DNA from: an uncultured Pseudomonadales bacterium
GTDB taxonomy: Bacteria; Patescibacteriota; Microgenomatia; UBA1400; PJMF01
Length of the DNA: 64,000 nucleotides
Assembly (NCBI GenBank): GCA_964393205.1
Contig: CAYMSV010000001.1
Coordinates: 103,440 to 167,439 of the forward strand
Reading direction: 5' to 3'
Of this stretch, positions 19,072 to 28,488 are shown piece by piece. Each line of letters begins with the position of its first letter. Positions within the stretch are counted from its first letter, which is position 1. The translations under genes and the position numbers were made by a program. A model generated the notes under the pieces. That model did not search any database, had not been told where the DNA came from, and was given only the letters and a program-made list of their open reading frames with translations.

Positions 19072-20439
19072 GTGAAGATTAAAGAATTAATTTTTTTGGG
19101 CCTAATTTTATTGTTTTCCTTAATTTTGCGTCTGTGGCGCTTAGATTTTCCATCAGAAATGTATTTTGATGAAATTTATCATGTGCCAGCAATAAAAATG
19201 TTGGCTCAAGGTGATTTTCAAACTCCTTTTGAGTGGTGGCATCGAGCTGAATGGCCAATTTATTTTGATTGGCTTCATCCTCCTTTGGCAAAATATATTC
19301 AGGCGCTATTTCTACGTTATCTAACTTTTTTGCCAGCAGTGGTAGCATGGCGATTACCATCAGTATTATTCGCTATGGCTAGTTTATTAGTTTTTTATTT
19401 TTTAGCCAAAGAATTGGCTTATATTTTATTGAGTAATAAAAAGATAAAAAGCTCTTTTTTAAAAGGAAAAGATCTTGAAGATTTAAGTATTAATTTTGCC
19501 TTGATTGCTTGTATTTTACTAGCCAGTGACGGTTTGTTTTTAGTGCAAAGTCGCTTGGCTATGAATGATATTTTTTATTTATTTTTTACTCTTTTTGCTA
19601 GCTATTTTTATTTCTTATATCTTCGACAAAAAAATTTAATTTTATTATTTATTAGTGCTTTAATTTTATCTTTAGCTTTGTTGACTAAATGGTCTGCTTT
19701 GTGGCTAATACTTTTCTTTTTTATTTTAGAGTTTGTAAAAATTATTAAAAATAAGAGTTGGCAGAAAATGCCTTTTTTATTATTTTCTTTTGTTTTAACT
19801 CCAATTGTAATTTATTTGGTGGCTTTTGTTCCCTATTTTTTCAGTGGTAAAAGTATTAAGGATTTTATTCAGCTACAGCAGCAAATTGTGAATTTTCAAT
19901 TTAATTGGGCTAGTCCGCACCCTTATCAGTCAAAACCTCTGACTTGGATGTTTAATTGGCGACCAGTTTGGTATTTTGCAGATTTTTCTCAATTAAATTG
20001 GAGAAGAGACATTTATGCCCAGGGCAATCCAATAATTTTTCTATATTTTTTATTTTTACCAGTCTCTTTGTGGATTTACTTAAGAAATTTGAAAAACCGT
20101 CGATTAATGAAAAAGCATCAACAAATGATTTTTCAAGCCCCTTACTATTTGTTGATAGCTATTTTTTGTTTTTCTTTTTTACCTTGGCAGCTGATTAATA
20201 GACCATTATTTTTTTATCATTTTTTGCCAGCCCTACCCTATTTAATTTTGTTGATAACTTGGCCAGTATATTTTTACACATTAAATTTTAAGTCTTTGAA
20301 TAAAAAAAGAGCTTTAATTTTTAACTTTTTATTTTGGCCAATCTTAGTAGCCCTAATCTTTTATCCTCATTGGGTTGCCCTGCCGGTGCCAGAATCAGCT
20401 GCCGCTTCCCTCTACTTTTTCTTACCAAGCTGGCAATAA
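19072..20439 (+). CDS. GT-C fold membrane glycosyltransferase, PMT/GT39-like
   Basis: 11+ TM helices, first extracytoplasmic loop with YFDEIYHV (DE-motif of PMT/ArnT-like GT-C enzymes); GTG start. Confidence 0.5.
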   Translation: MKIKELIFLGLILLFSLILRLWRLDFPSEMYFDEIYHVPAIKMLAQGDFQTPFEWWHRAEWPIYFDWLHPPLAKYIQALFLRYLTFLPAVVAWRLPSVLFAMASLLVFYFLAKELAYILLSNKKIKSSFLKGKDLEDLSINFALIACILLASDGLFLVQSRLAMNDIFYLFFTLFASYFYFLYLRQKNLILLFISALILSLALLTKWSALWLILFFFILEFVKIIKNKSWQKMPFLLFSFVLTPIVIYLVAFVPYFFSGKSIKDFIQLQQQIVNFQFNWASPHPYQSKPLTWMFNWRPVWYFADFSQLNWRRDIYAQGNPIIFLYFLFLPVSLWIYLRNLKNRRLMKKHQQMIFQAPYYLLIAIFCFSFLPWQLINRPLFFYHFLPALPYLILLITWPVYFYTLNFKSLNKKRALIFNFLFWPILVALIFYPHWVALPVPESAAASLYFFLPSWQ

Positions 20440-20480
20440 TGTATAATTCAAGAAGTTCAATAGAATAGTACTAAACTACT

Positions 20481-21827
20481 GTGAATTTTATGAAAAAAAT
20501 TGCAATTATTGGTGGTGGATTTAGTGCTTTAAATTTAGCTTGGCGGCTAAGTAATTCTTCTATCAATGAAGATTTAGATATAAATATTTTTGAAAAGGAA
20601 AACTATTTAGGTGGAATGGCGGCTGGTTTTAAAAATAAGAATTGGGACTGGACTTTAGAAAAGCACTATCATCACCTTTTTGCCAAAGATAAGGCTTTTA
20701 AGGATTTTTTAAAAAGTCTTGGTTTAGAAAATCAGCTTTTTTACAAAAAAACGATATCTCGTACTCGTTCATCTGGCGTAAATTATCAACTGGATTCAAT
20801 TTTTAGTTTATTAACTTTCAAGCAACTAAGTATTATTGACCGTTTACGCACCGGTTTAGTTCTAGCTTTTTTAAAAGTTTTACCTAACGGACAGTTTTTA
20901 GAAAAATATAAAGCTGGTCAATTTTTAAGAAAAGGCATGGGCAATAAATCTTGGCAGATTATTTGGCAGCCTCTATTTGAATCTAAGTTTGCTGCTTGGA
21001 CCGAAGAGATAAACATGGCATGGTTTTGGGCAAGAATCCAACCTCGAACTCCTAAATTAGGTTATGTTGAGGGAGGATTTCAAGTTTTAATCGATCAAAT
21101 TCAAGCCAAATTATTGGAAAAGGGAGTCAAGATTCACCTCAATCAAGAGATTAAAAAGATCAATATTAATGATAAAAAATCTTCAAATAATTCTCACATA
21201 AGTTTAGATTTTAAATCTTCAGTTAAAGGACAAGGTAAGATCAAAAAAGAAAAATTTGACTTGTTAATTAGCACTTTACCATCTTCTAAATTTAAGCAAA
21301 TTCTTGAATTACCAGAACTTAAATCTAAAAATTTAAAAGGTTTAGCAGCTATGACTTTAGTTCTGTCTCTTAAAGAGAGTTTTTTAAAGGATGGTACTTA
21401 TTGGTTAAATATTAATGAAAAGAATTGGCCTTTTGTAGCTGCAGTTGAACACAATAATTTTATTGATAAAAAACACTATAACAATCAGTCTCTCTTGTAT
21501 TTGGGTAAATATTTGCCAGCTACAGATCATTTTTTCAAATCTACAGCCAAAGAAGTTTTAGAATTTTATTTGCCATTTTTGCGGCAAATAAATCCAGAAA
21601 TTGATCAATCAATTATTGATTATCGTCTGAGTAAAGATGCCTTTGCTCAGCCACTGGTGCCTATTAATCACAGTGAACATTTACCTAGTATGCGCACTAG
21701 CCACTCTAGTATCTATTGGGTGTCAATGCAACACATTTATCCTTATGATCGAGGCATTAATCAAGCAGTTCATAGCAGTAATCAATTGTTTGAAATAATC
21801 AAAGAAGATTTGGCTAAGCTTAGTTAA
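20481..21827 (+). CDS. NAD(P)/FAD-dependent oxidoreductase (amine-oxidase/desaturase-like fold)
   Basis: N-terminal dinucleotide-binding motif KKIAIIGGGFSALNLA...E; 448 aa; no further subfamily assignment possible by eye. Confidence 0.55.
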   Translation: MNFMKKIAIIGGGFSALNLAWRLSNSSINEDLDINIFEKENYLGGMAAGFKNKNWDWTLEKHYHHLFAKDKAFKDFLKSLGLENQLFYKKTISRTRSSGVNYQLDSIFSLLTFKQLSIIDRLRTGLVLAFLKVLPNGQFLEKYKAGQFLRKGMGNKSWQIIWQPLFESKFAAWTEEINMAWFWARIQPRTPKLGYVEGGFQVLIDQIQAKLLEKGVKIHLNQEIKKININDKKSSNNSHISLDFKSSVKGQGKIKKEKFDLLISTLPSSKFKQILELPELKSKNLKGLAAMTLVLSLKESFLKDGTYWLNINEKNWPFVAAVEHNNFIDKKHYNNQSLLYLGKYLPATDHFFKSTAKEVLEFYLPFLRQINPEIDQSIIDYRLSKDAFAQPLVPINHSEHLPSMRTSHSSIYWVSMQHIYPYDRGINQAVHSSNQLFEIIKEDLAKLS

Positions 21828-21837
21828 TTTTGCTATA

Positions 21838-24033
21838 GTGTTAGAGATGATTTTTAGAGCTTATTTATCGTTACTTTTTTTACAATTATTAGCCTTGCCT
21901 GTATTTGCGTGGCTTAGTAAACGTTTTCCACAAATTAAGGATGGTTTGTGGGCCTTTGGACGCTTTTTTACTTGGTTGTTTTTAAGTTTAGTTGTCTTTT
22001 TTATGGCTAGCTTTAAATTGCCAGTTAATAATTTATGGGGAGTTTATTTTTTCTTGTTTATTTTTCTTTTAGCAGACATCTATTTGTTATTTTTCTGTAA
22101 AAAAACAGTTCATTGGCTTCGACTGCTTAGAAATTATTGGCGCTTGTTTCGTCGACAAATTGTTATTGAGGAGTTATTATTCCTGTTCTTTTTTATTTTT
22201 CTATTAGTGGTGCGCAGTTTTCAACCAGAGATTTTGGGTTTGGAAAAATTCATGGATGCAGGCTTTATTCAGGCTTATCTAAAATCTCCTACTTTACCGG
22301 TTCAAGATATTTGGTTAGCTGGAGAGACTGTTAACTATTATAGTTTTGGTCACTTCATGGGTGCTATTTTAGTGCAAGTTTGGATGATTGATTTAGCTTG
22401 GGCTTACAATTTACTTTTGGCTAGCATTATGGCGTTACTTGGTTCTGGAGTTTTTTCTTTAGCTTTCAACATCAGGGCGAATTTTAATTGGGGTGAAGTT
22501 CCTGGAAAAGATTTTAAAGCTAAGGAAAAATACAATTTTAGAGCAAGCGTGTGGACAGCTATTTTAGCTAGTTTTTTGCTAACTTTGTTTGGTAACGGTC
22601 ACAGTTTATGGTATTTACTAAGCAACGCAAGCTTTGATGCTTATTGGTATCCAGAAGCAACTCGTTTTATAGAAAGAACCATTCATGAATTTCCAGTTTA
22701 TAGTTTTGTGGTAAGTGATCTACATGCTCATGTTTTTTCGATGCCAATAGTAATTGCTTTGTTGATGATTATTTTTTTGTGGCTCAGCCAATTAATTGAA
22801 GAGGTAAAGAGACAGAAAATTTTACGGCTTTTTGGAGAGCGTTTTTTTGCTTTAAGTTTAGCAATGGGGGTTTTGTTTGGAGTATTGGTCATGACCAATA
22901 CTTGGGATGTTTTAATTTATGGTTTACTACTGTTAGTTTTGGGAATCTTATTGCTAATTTGGCAAACTAACTTTTTTTGGCCACTAGTGAGTTCAGCATT
23001 AGGTTTGGGTTTAACAGCTGGTTTAATTAGTGCTCCTTGGTTTTTAACTTTTGAATCAATTTCAGATGGTATACGTTTAGCTACCGAGCACTCACCACTA
23101 TGGCAGCTACTGGCACTATGGGGAGCACATTTATTGCCGACACTAATTTTTATTATCTTTTTATTAATTGATCGACGTCAATTAAAAAAGAAAGAAGAAA
23201 CATCTTGGTTTTTTGTGATGGCTCTTTTTTTTGCTTTTCTAATTTTGTTAATTTTTACTGAAACTTTCTATTTTCAAGATATTTATACTGGTCATCCTAG
23301 AGCTAATACGATGTTTAAATTAATGTTTCAGGGTTTTATGTGGATTGCTCTTTTAATGGCAATGGCAATTAGTTTTTTTATAAGTCAGGTTAGGCGTAAA
23401 AAATGGTTTAATTGGCGATTGATTGATTTGCGTGAAGTTTTGCTTTGGAATAAATCAAAATTATTTATTATTAAAGTTTTTGTTCGTACTTGTTTTTTTG
23501 TATATTTACCCATTATTTTTTTACTTGTTGCTTTAGGAGCTTATCCCTATCTAGCTTTTAGTACCTATTATGGTGAATTTAGAAATTATCAGGGTTTAGA
23601 TGGTTTGCAGTGGATGGCCAGAAAATATTCTAGCTCTTATGCTGTTATTAATTATCTTAAAGCTGAAGAACCAAGACAGATTAATATTTTGGAGGCCAGT
23701 GGAGAAAGTTTTACAGAATATTCTTTAGTGTCTGCCTTTTCAGGAATGCCAACAATTTTGGGTTGGCAGGCGCATGAATGGTTGTGGCGCGGCTCTTGGG
23801 ATATTCCCGCTCAACGCTTAAAAGAAATTGAAAGTATTTATCTTGATCCGACAAGCAAGCAGAGCCGCGCCCTACTTGAAGAATATCAAATTAAATATTT
23901 ACTGATTACTAATCGGGAGCGAGAAAAATATCCGCAACTAAATGAAATTGAGTTATTAAAACTAGGTCAGGTCGTTTGGACCGGTAGCGAAGACAACATC
24001 AATCAAGATTATCTTATCTTAATTGAAAAGTAA
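21838..24033 (+). CDS. Large polytopic membrane protein (about 17 TM), DUF2298-like, probable envelope glycosylation component
   Basis: 731 aa, many TM helices with a C-terminal soluble domain; sits in an operon with the GT-C enzyme and the oxidoreductase. Confidence 0.35.
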   Translation: MLEMIFRAYLSLLFLQLLALPVFAWLSKRFPQIKDGLWAFGRFFTWLFLSLVVFFMASFKLPVNNLWGVYFFLFIFLLADIYLLFFCKKTVHWLRLLRNYWRLFRRQIVIEELLFLFFFIFLLVVRSFQPEILGLEKFMDAGFIQAYLKSPTLPVQDIWLAGETVNYYSFGHFMGAILVQVWMIDLAWAYNLLLASIMALLGSGVFSLAFNIRANFNWGEVPGKDFKAKEKYNFRASVWTAILASFLLTLFGNGHSLWYLLSNASFDAYWYPEATRFIERTIHEFPVYSFVVSDLHAHVFSMPIVIALLMIIFLWLSQLIEEVKRQKILRLFGERFFALSLAMGVLFGVLVMTNTWDVLIYGLLLLVLGILLLIWQTNFFWPLVSSALGLGLTAGLISAPWFLTFESISDGIRLATEHSPLWQLLALWGAHLLPTLIFIIFLLIDRRQLKKKEETSWFFVMALFFAFLILLIFTETFYFQDIYTGHPRANTMFKLMFQGFMWIALLMAMAISFFISQVRRKKWFNWRLIDLREVLLWNKSKLFIIKVFVRTCFFVYLPIIFLLVALGAYPYLAFSTYYGEFRNYQGLDGLQWMARKYSSSYAVINYLKAEEPRQINILEASGESFTEYSLVSAFSGMPTILGWQAHEWLWRGSWDIPAQRLKEIESIYLDPTSKQSRALLEEYQIKYLLITNREREKYPQLNEIELLKLGQVVWTGSEDNINQDYLILIEK

Positions 24034-24820
24034 CAGTGACTGTTTTAGAAAGCATGCTGCTGCCTGGTTCTAAAGAAGTACTGGTCCAGTCATCCCCTGC
24101 GCTGGTGACTGCGAATTGATCTCTATAAAAAGGTTGTGGTCCAACTTGATCTTCAACTACTTCTAAAACTTTTCTTACCCTTTGTTTGTTACTCGAGGCA
24201 ATAGCCTCCGCTTTCTTGCGGGCATCGCTGACTGCTTCATTGATTAATTCAGCTTCATCAATGGATTGATTATCAAGGCGAAAACTAGGGCCATAGATGT
24301 AGTTGGCTCCACTCTCGTTGAGAATTGCCAATAGCGATTCACTCTTATTTTTTAACTCTTCTGCGTCTTCAGAACGTAAAGTAATAATAGTGTTAATATC
24401 AGCTCGCCAATTACCCTTTTGAGTGGGTCTCGGAGGATAAATCATCATTAACTCTGTTTCCATTAGGGGTTGATCAATAAATTCATCTTCTTGATAAACG
24501 CTTACTTGAGAAGTTTGTATATCTTGAGGATCAATACCAAGGCTATTAATTCTTGTTAATAGTTGATTCATAGTCTCTGCGGCTTGATCGGTAGCTTCAG
24601 TTTTTTCTTCAGCAATTACTTCAATGCCAGCAGTGAATTCGGCGACTTGATTAGTAATGGTTTTTTGTGCTGAGCCAACGACGGTAACAGTGGCTGTTTG
24701 TCCAGCGAGAAATCCTAGTTTTCCAGAATTAACTAAATTCTGCAATAAATAAAATAAAGCGGAGCCAATTAACATGGCAAACAAGAAGATAATGGTTCGG
24801 TAAGTGGATGTTTTATTCAT
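24014..24820 (-). CDS. SIMPL/DUF541-domain periplasmic protein (26-kDa periplasmic immunogenic protein family)
   Basis: N-terminal TM/signal, then ATVTVVGSAQKTITNQVAEFTAGIEV...QTSQVSVYQ pattern typical of SIMPL domain; 20-nt convergent overlap with upstream gene. Confidence 0.6.
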   Translation of the reverse strand: MNKTSTYRTIIFLFAMLIGSALFYLLQNLVNSGKLGFLAGQTATVTVVGSAQKTITNQVAEFTAGIEVIAEEKTEATDQAAETMNQLLTRINSLGIDPQDIQTSQVSVYQEDEFIDQPLMETELMMIYPPRPTQKGNWRADINTIITLRSEDAEELKNKSESLLAILNESGANYIYGPSFRLDNQSIDEAELINEAVSDARKKAEAIASSNKQRVRKVLEVVEDQVGPQPFYRDQFAVTSAGDDWTSTSLEPGSSMLSKTVTVTFQLR

Positions 24821-24896
24821 ATTTTTAATTATTCCATAAGTTTTATATTTTTTATATAAGGATTTAATTTTTTATAAGACAGCTTTCAACGTGTAT

Positions 24897-25892
24897 TTAA
24901 TTAGCAATTAATTCGGCAAAATTAACATTTATCCATCCTTCTTGATTTTCGAATCTAATTTTTAACCAATTTCCAGATTCATCAATCTCAGAGTCCTCAC
25001 CAAGATTTTCAATATAAGGATAATAATAATCACTTTTTGCAAAACCCAATTCTCTTGCACTTAAACTGGGTTTTTCTCTAACTCGTAAAACCTCTTGATT
25101 GTCAATGAAAAAATTAGTCTTTTTAATTAGCACTTTTTTGCCATCTATTTGATCGATCTCCTCTACTCCCCAGCTATCATTTTCTAATTCTGAATCCCCC
25201 AGATTTTCTGCCAGCTCTGTACTGGCAGTTGCTTGATTAGTATTATTTTCTGTATTTACATTAGAATCAGCTTGAATACTTAATTGTTCATCTGTTAAGA
25301 GTTTTGCTAATTTAATGGTAACTTTAATCTGGTGGCCTGCTAGTACTTGTATTTTATGCTCCTGTATTTCATAGGAAGGTAAACTCACTGAATAACTATA
25401 TTCTTGAGGCAATAACGCCTCAATCGTAATGGGAGTATATTGGGTGGGAGCTTGATCAAAACTCAAAAGAGCGTTTTCTGGATAGGTCTCAAAACTAATT
25501 GTACCTAGTTCCTTCAAATCATTTTGAGCCTCTACTTCATAAATGGTGGCGGAACTTTGTTTGGTATCTGGCCCAGGATTGTAGGTAACAACGGTTAACG
25601 CTCCTTCGGTTAGGGTGATAGGAATGCTGAATTCAGCTAAATCTTGATCGTCTGGCACAATTTTTAAAATATAGTCGCCACTTTGAATGTTTTTTTCGGA
25701 TAAGGGTGCCTTTTCCAAATATTGATTATTAAGGAAAACACTAGCGTATTGATCGGAACCATTATATTCAACTTGTAGACCTGCTGATTTAAGCTTTATC
25801 AGTGGATTAAAATAAAGAAAAACTCCAGTGCTTAAAATAATTATCGAGAGAAAAAGTGGCCAAAAACGCTTAATTATTGCTTTACTTGTCAT
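24897..25892 (-). CDS. Membrane-anchored protein with PEGA-like and C-terminal SH3-like domains, hypothetical
   Basis: N-terminal TM helix; VEYNGSDQYASVFLNNQYLEKAPL... (PEGA-like beta domain); C-terminal GWINVNFAELI resembles bacterial SH3. Confidence 0.4.
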   Translation of the reverse strand: MTSKAIIKRFWPLFLSIIILSTGVFLYFNPLIKLKSAGLQVEYNGSDQYASVFLNNQYLEKAPLSEKNIQSGDYILKIVPDDQDLAEFSIPITLTEGALTVVTYNPGPDTKQSSATIYEVEAQNDLKELGTISFETYPENALLSFDQAPTQYTPITIEALLPQEYSYSVSLPSYEIQEHKIQVLAGHQIKVTIKLAKLLTDEQLSIQADSNVNTENNTNQATASTELAENLGDSELENDSWGVEEIDQIDGKKVLIKKTNFFIDNQEVLRVREKPSLSARELGFAKSDYYYPYIENLGEDSEIDESGNWLKIRFENQEGWINVNFAELIAN

Positions 25893-25929
25893 TATTGATT
25901 ATTGCTAGTATAGCAAATTTGCTCAAAAT

Positions 25930-28275
25930 TTAGCTGAGAGCGATTTTTAAAACTTCTTTTACATCTTTAACTGTTTGAAAATCCAAGTCTTTTTTAATTT
26001 CTTTGGGTATTTTTACTAAATCACGTTTATTATCCTGGGGAATAATTACTATTTTACTTCCAGCTCGGTGAGCAGCAATGGCTTTTTCTTTTAAACCACC
26101 TATGCGCAACACTCGACCTCGCAAGGTTACTTCGCCAGTCATAGCAACATCTCGACGGACAGCTCTCTTTTTAAAGGCAGAAACAATGGCGGTGGTAATG
26201 GTTACTCCCGCTGATGGTCCATCTTTAGGAACGGCTCCTTCTGGCACGTGAATGTGAACATCAGTTTGGTTAATTTTTTCAATATCAATTTTTAATTCTT
26301 TATGATGAGAACGAACATAAGTTAAAGCTGCTTGCGCTGATTCTTTCATGACGTCACCCAATTTACCAGTTAATTTAATTTTTCCTTTTCCTGGTGAAAG
26401 AGCGACTTCGACAAATAATATATCGCCACCGACACTGGTCCAAGCCAAACCTGCGGCCAATCCAACCTGATCGTTCTTTTCAGTAATAGTTTCATCGTAT
26501 ATTGGAGGACCAAGGAATTCTGATAGTCTTTTGTTAGTAACAGTAATGGTTTTTCTATTTTTTTCTAAAATTTCTCTCGCAGTTTTGCGCATTATTTTAT
26601 TAAGTTGTCTTTCTAAATTGCGCACTCCAGCTTCACGAGTATAGCGACTGATGATTTTTTTCAAAATCGTGTCGCTTAATTTGCTTTGAGTTTTTTTGAG
26701 GGCATTTTTTTTGACAGCTTTGGGAAGTAGGTAGCGCTTGGCAATTTCAAATTTTTCGTTAAGAGTGTAGCCAGAATATTGAATGACTTCTAAACGATCT
26801 AATAGTGCTGGTGGTACGCTGTCCAAAGTGTTGGCTGTAGCAATAAAGAGAACATTAGATAAATCATAAGGTACATCTAAGTAATGATCCTCAAAACTAA
26901 AGTTTTGCTCAGGGTCTAAAACTTCAAGCAAGGCACTACTGGGATCACCATGAAAATCGCGACCTAGTTTATCAATTTCATCTAGCATGAAAACTGGATT
27001 ATTGCTTCGAGCATTTTGTAAACCCTTGATAATACGACCAGGCATAGCGCCTACATAAGTGCGTCTATGTCCACGAATTTCTGATTCATCTCTGACTCCA
27101 CCTAGAGAAATTTTAATAAAGTGACGATTTAGACTTTTGGCAATACTTTGACCAATACTGGTTTTACCAACACCTGGTGGTCCAACAAAACATAAGATAG
27201 TAGGCAAGTTTTTTTCTTGATTATCATTTTTATTTTTTAACTGCATAACGGCCATGTGTTCCAGGACTCGATCTTTGACTTCTTTTAGTCCGTAATGATC
27301 TTGGTCCAAAGTTTTGGCGGCTCGTTTAATGTTGATATTAGTTTTTTTGTTTTTTTGCCAAGGTAAGTCAAAAACTAAATCCAACCAACTTCTTAAGTAG
27401 GAAGTTTCTGGATTATTTGGAGACATTTGTTCAAGTCGAGCAATTTCCTTCTCAACTTTTTCTTTTACCTCTTTTGGTAATTTTTTCTTTTTCAAAAGAT
27501 CACGATAGTCGTTGATACCTTCTTGCCCATCACTTAACTCTCCTAGTTCTTTTTGAATAGTGCGTAGTCGTTCTCTCAGCACACTTTCTCGCATGTGCTC
27601 ATCAAATTTTTCTTGAGTTTTAGTATTAACATCTTGTTCAATTTCTAGGATTTTGACTTCTTTAGATAAGTGTTCAATGACTAAACGAATTCTTTGTTTA
27701 ACATTGGTGGTTTCTAAAATCAATTGTTTTTTATTACTGGGAATTTTCAAAGTGCTGGCAATTTGGTCAGCCATTTCTCCCTCATTAACACCGCTTAATA
27801 ATTTAATAAAATTAAGGAATTCAATTTGTTTGCCCATTTGGACAGTTTGGCGAAACAGTTTTTGCAACTGGTTGCTCAAAGCAATTAATTCATCGTCACG
27901 CTCAATAAAGCTGGGTACTTTTTCAGCCACAGCTTGTAGAAAAGGCTGCTCTTGGACAAATTTTTGAATTTTAATACGGCTCACTCCCCTAACTAGTGCA
28001 CTAATATTGGCAGAATTTTTTAAAGTTTTTTCGATTGCTGCCAAGGTGCCAATTTGATAGAGGTCTTTAGATTGAGGTTGTTCAATTCGGGGATTCTTTT
28101 GGGTTAGTAAAATAATATGATTGCCTTGTTTTTGAGAATGACGAATAGCGTTAACCGACAACTCACGGCCAAAACCAAGCACTGATTCTGTTTGAGGAAA
28201 TAATACTCCTTCGCGGATTGGTACCACTGGTAAATTTAACAAGTTGCTAGGCAGTTGAATAATTTTACTGTTCAT
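25930..28275 (-). CDS. lon: ATP-dependent Lon protease
   Basis: LON N-domain, AAA+ Walker [10 protein letters not shown], protease domain DGPSAG with catalytic Ser, K in KIGG. Confidence 0.95.
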   Translation of the reverse strand: MNSKIIQLPSNLLNLPVVPIREGVLFPQTESVLGFGRELSVNAIRHSQKQGNHIILLTQKNPRIEQPQSKDLYQIGTLAAIEKTLKNSANISALVRGVSRIKIQKFVQEQPFLQAVAEKVPSFIERDDELIALSNQLQKLFRQTVQMGKQIEFLNFIKLLSGVNEGEMADQIASTLKIPSNKKQLILETTNVKQRIRLVIEHLSKEVKILEIEQDVNTKTQEKFDEHMRESVLRERLRTIQKELGELSDGQEGINDYRDLLKKKKLPKEVKEKVEKEIARLEQMSPNNPETSYLRSWLDLVFDLPWQKNKKTNINIKRAAKTLDQDHYGLKEVKDRVLEHMAVMQLKNKNDNQEKNLPTILCFVGPPGVGKTSIGQSIAKSLNRHFIKISLGGVRDESEIRGHRRTYVGAMPGRIIKGLQNARSNNPVFMLDEIDKLGRDFHGDPSSALLEVLDPEQNFSFEDHYLDVPYDLSNVLFIATANTLDSVPPALLDRLEVIQYSGYTLNEKFEIAKRYLLPKAVKKNALKKTQSKLSDTILKKIISRYTREAGVRNLERQLNKIMRKTAREILEKNRKTITVTNKRLSEFLGPPIYDETITEKNDQVGLAAGLAWTSVGGDILFVEVALSPGKGKIKLTGKLGDVMKESAQAALTYVRSHHKELKIDIEKINQTDVHIHVPEGAVPKDGPSAGVTITTAIVSAFKKRAVRRDVAMTGEVTLRGRVLRIGGLKEKAIAAHRAGSKIVIIPQDNKRDLVKIPKEIKKDLDFQTVKDVKEVLKIALS

Positions 28276-28323
28276 ATTTGATAAAGTAATTATACCCTAA
28301 TTTTAGGCAAAAATGGTGAGCAA

Positions 28324-28350
28324 TTGGCAGTCCAAAACTTTGACTGCTAA
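28324..28350 (-). promoter_or_regulatory. CIRCE-like inverted repeat (9-N9-9) about 50 nt upstream of lon; candidate HrcA-type heat-shock operator
   Basis: Plus strand TTGGCAGTC-CAAAACTTT-GACTGCTAA; on the minus strand TTAGCAGTC-N9-GACTGCCAA, compared with canonical CIRCE TTAGCACTC-N9-GAGTGCTAA. A TATAAT at about 28294-28289 (minus) lies 13 nt before the lon ATG. Confidence 0.5.
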
Positions 28351-28368
28351 ATAGGAGTTTTTAAAAAG

Positions 28369-28442
28369 TGGGTATGCTTGGAATCGAACCAAGGACCTCA
28401 GTCTTATCAGGACTGCGCTCTAACCAACTGAGCTACACACCC
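28369..28442 (-). tRNA. tRNA-Ile (anticodon GAT)
   Basis: Hand-folded: GGGTGTG acceptor (one G-U), D-arm GCTCAGTTGGTTAGAGC, anticodon arm CAGTC-CTGATAA-GACTG, T-arm CTTGG-TTCGATT-CCAAG, discriminator A; no encoded CCA. Confidence 0.85.
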
Positions 28443-28488
28443 ATTTATTTATTAAATTTACTTTAACAAAGCCATATTTTAGCACAAA

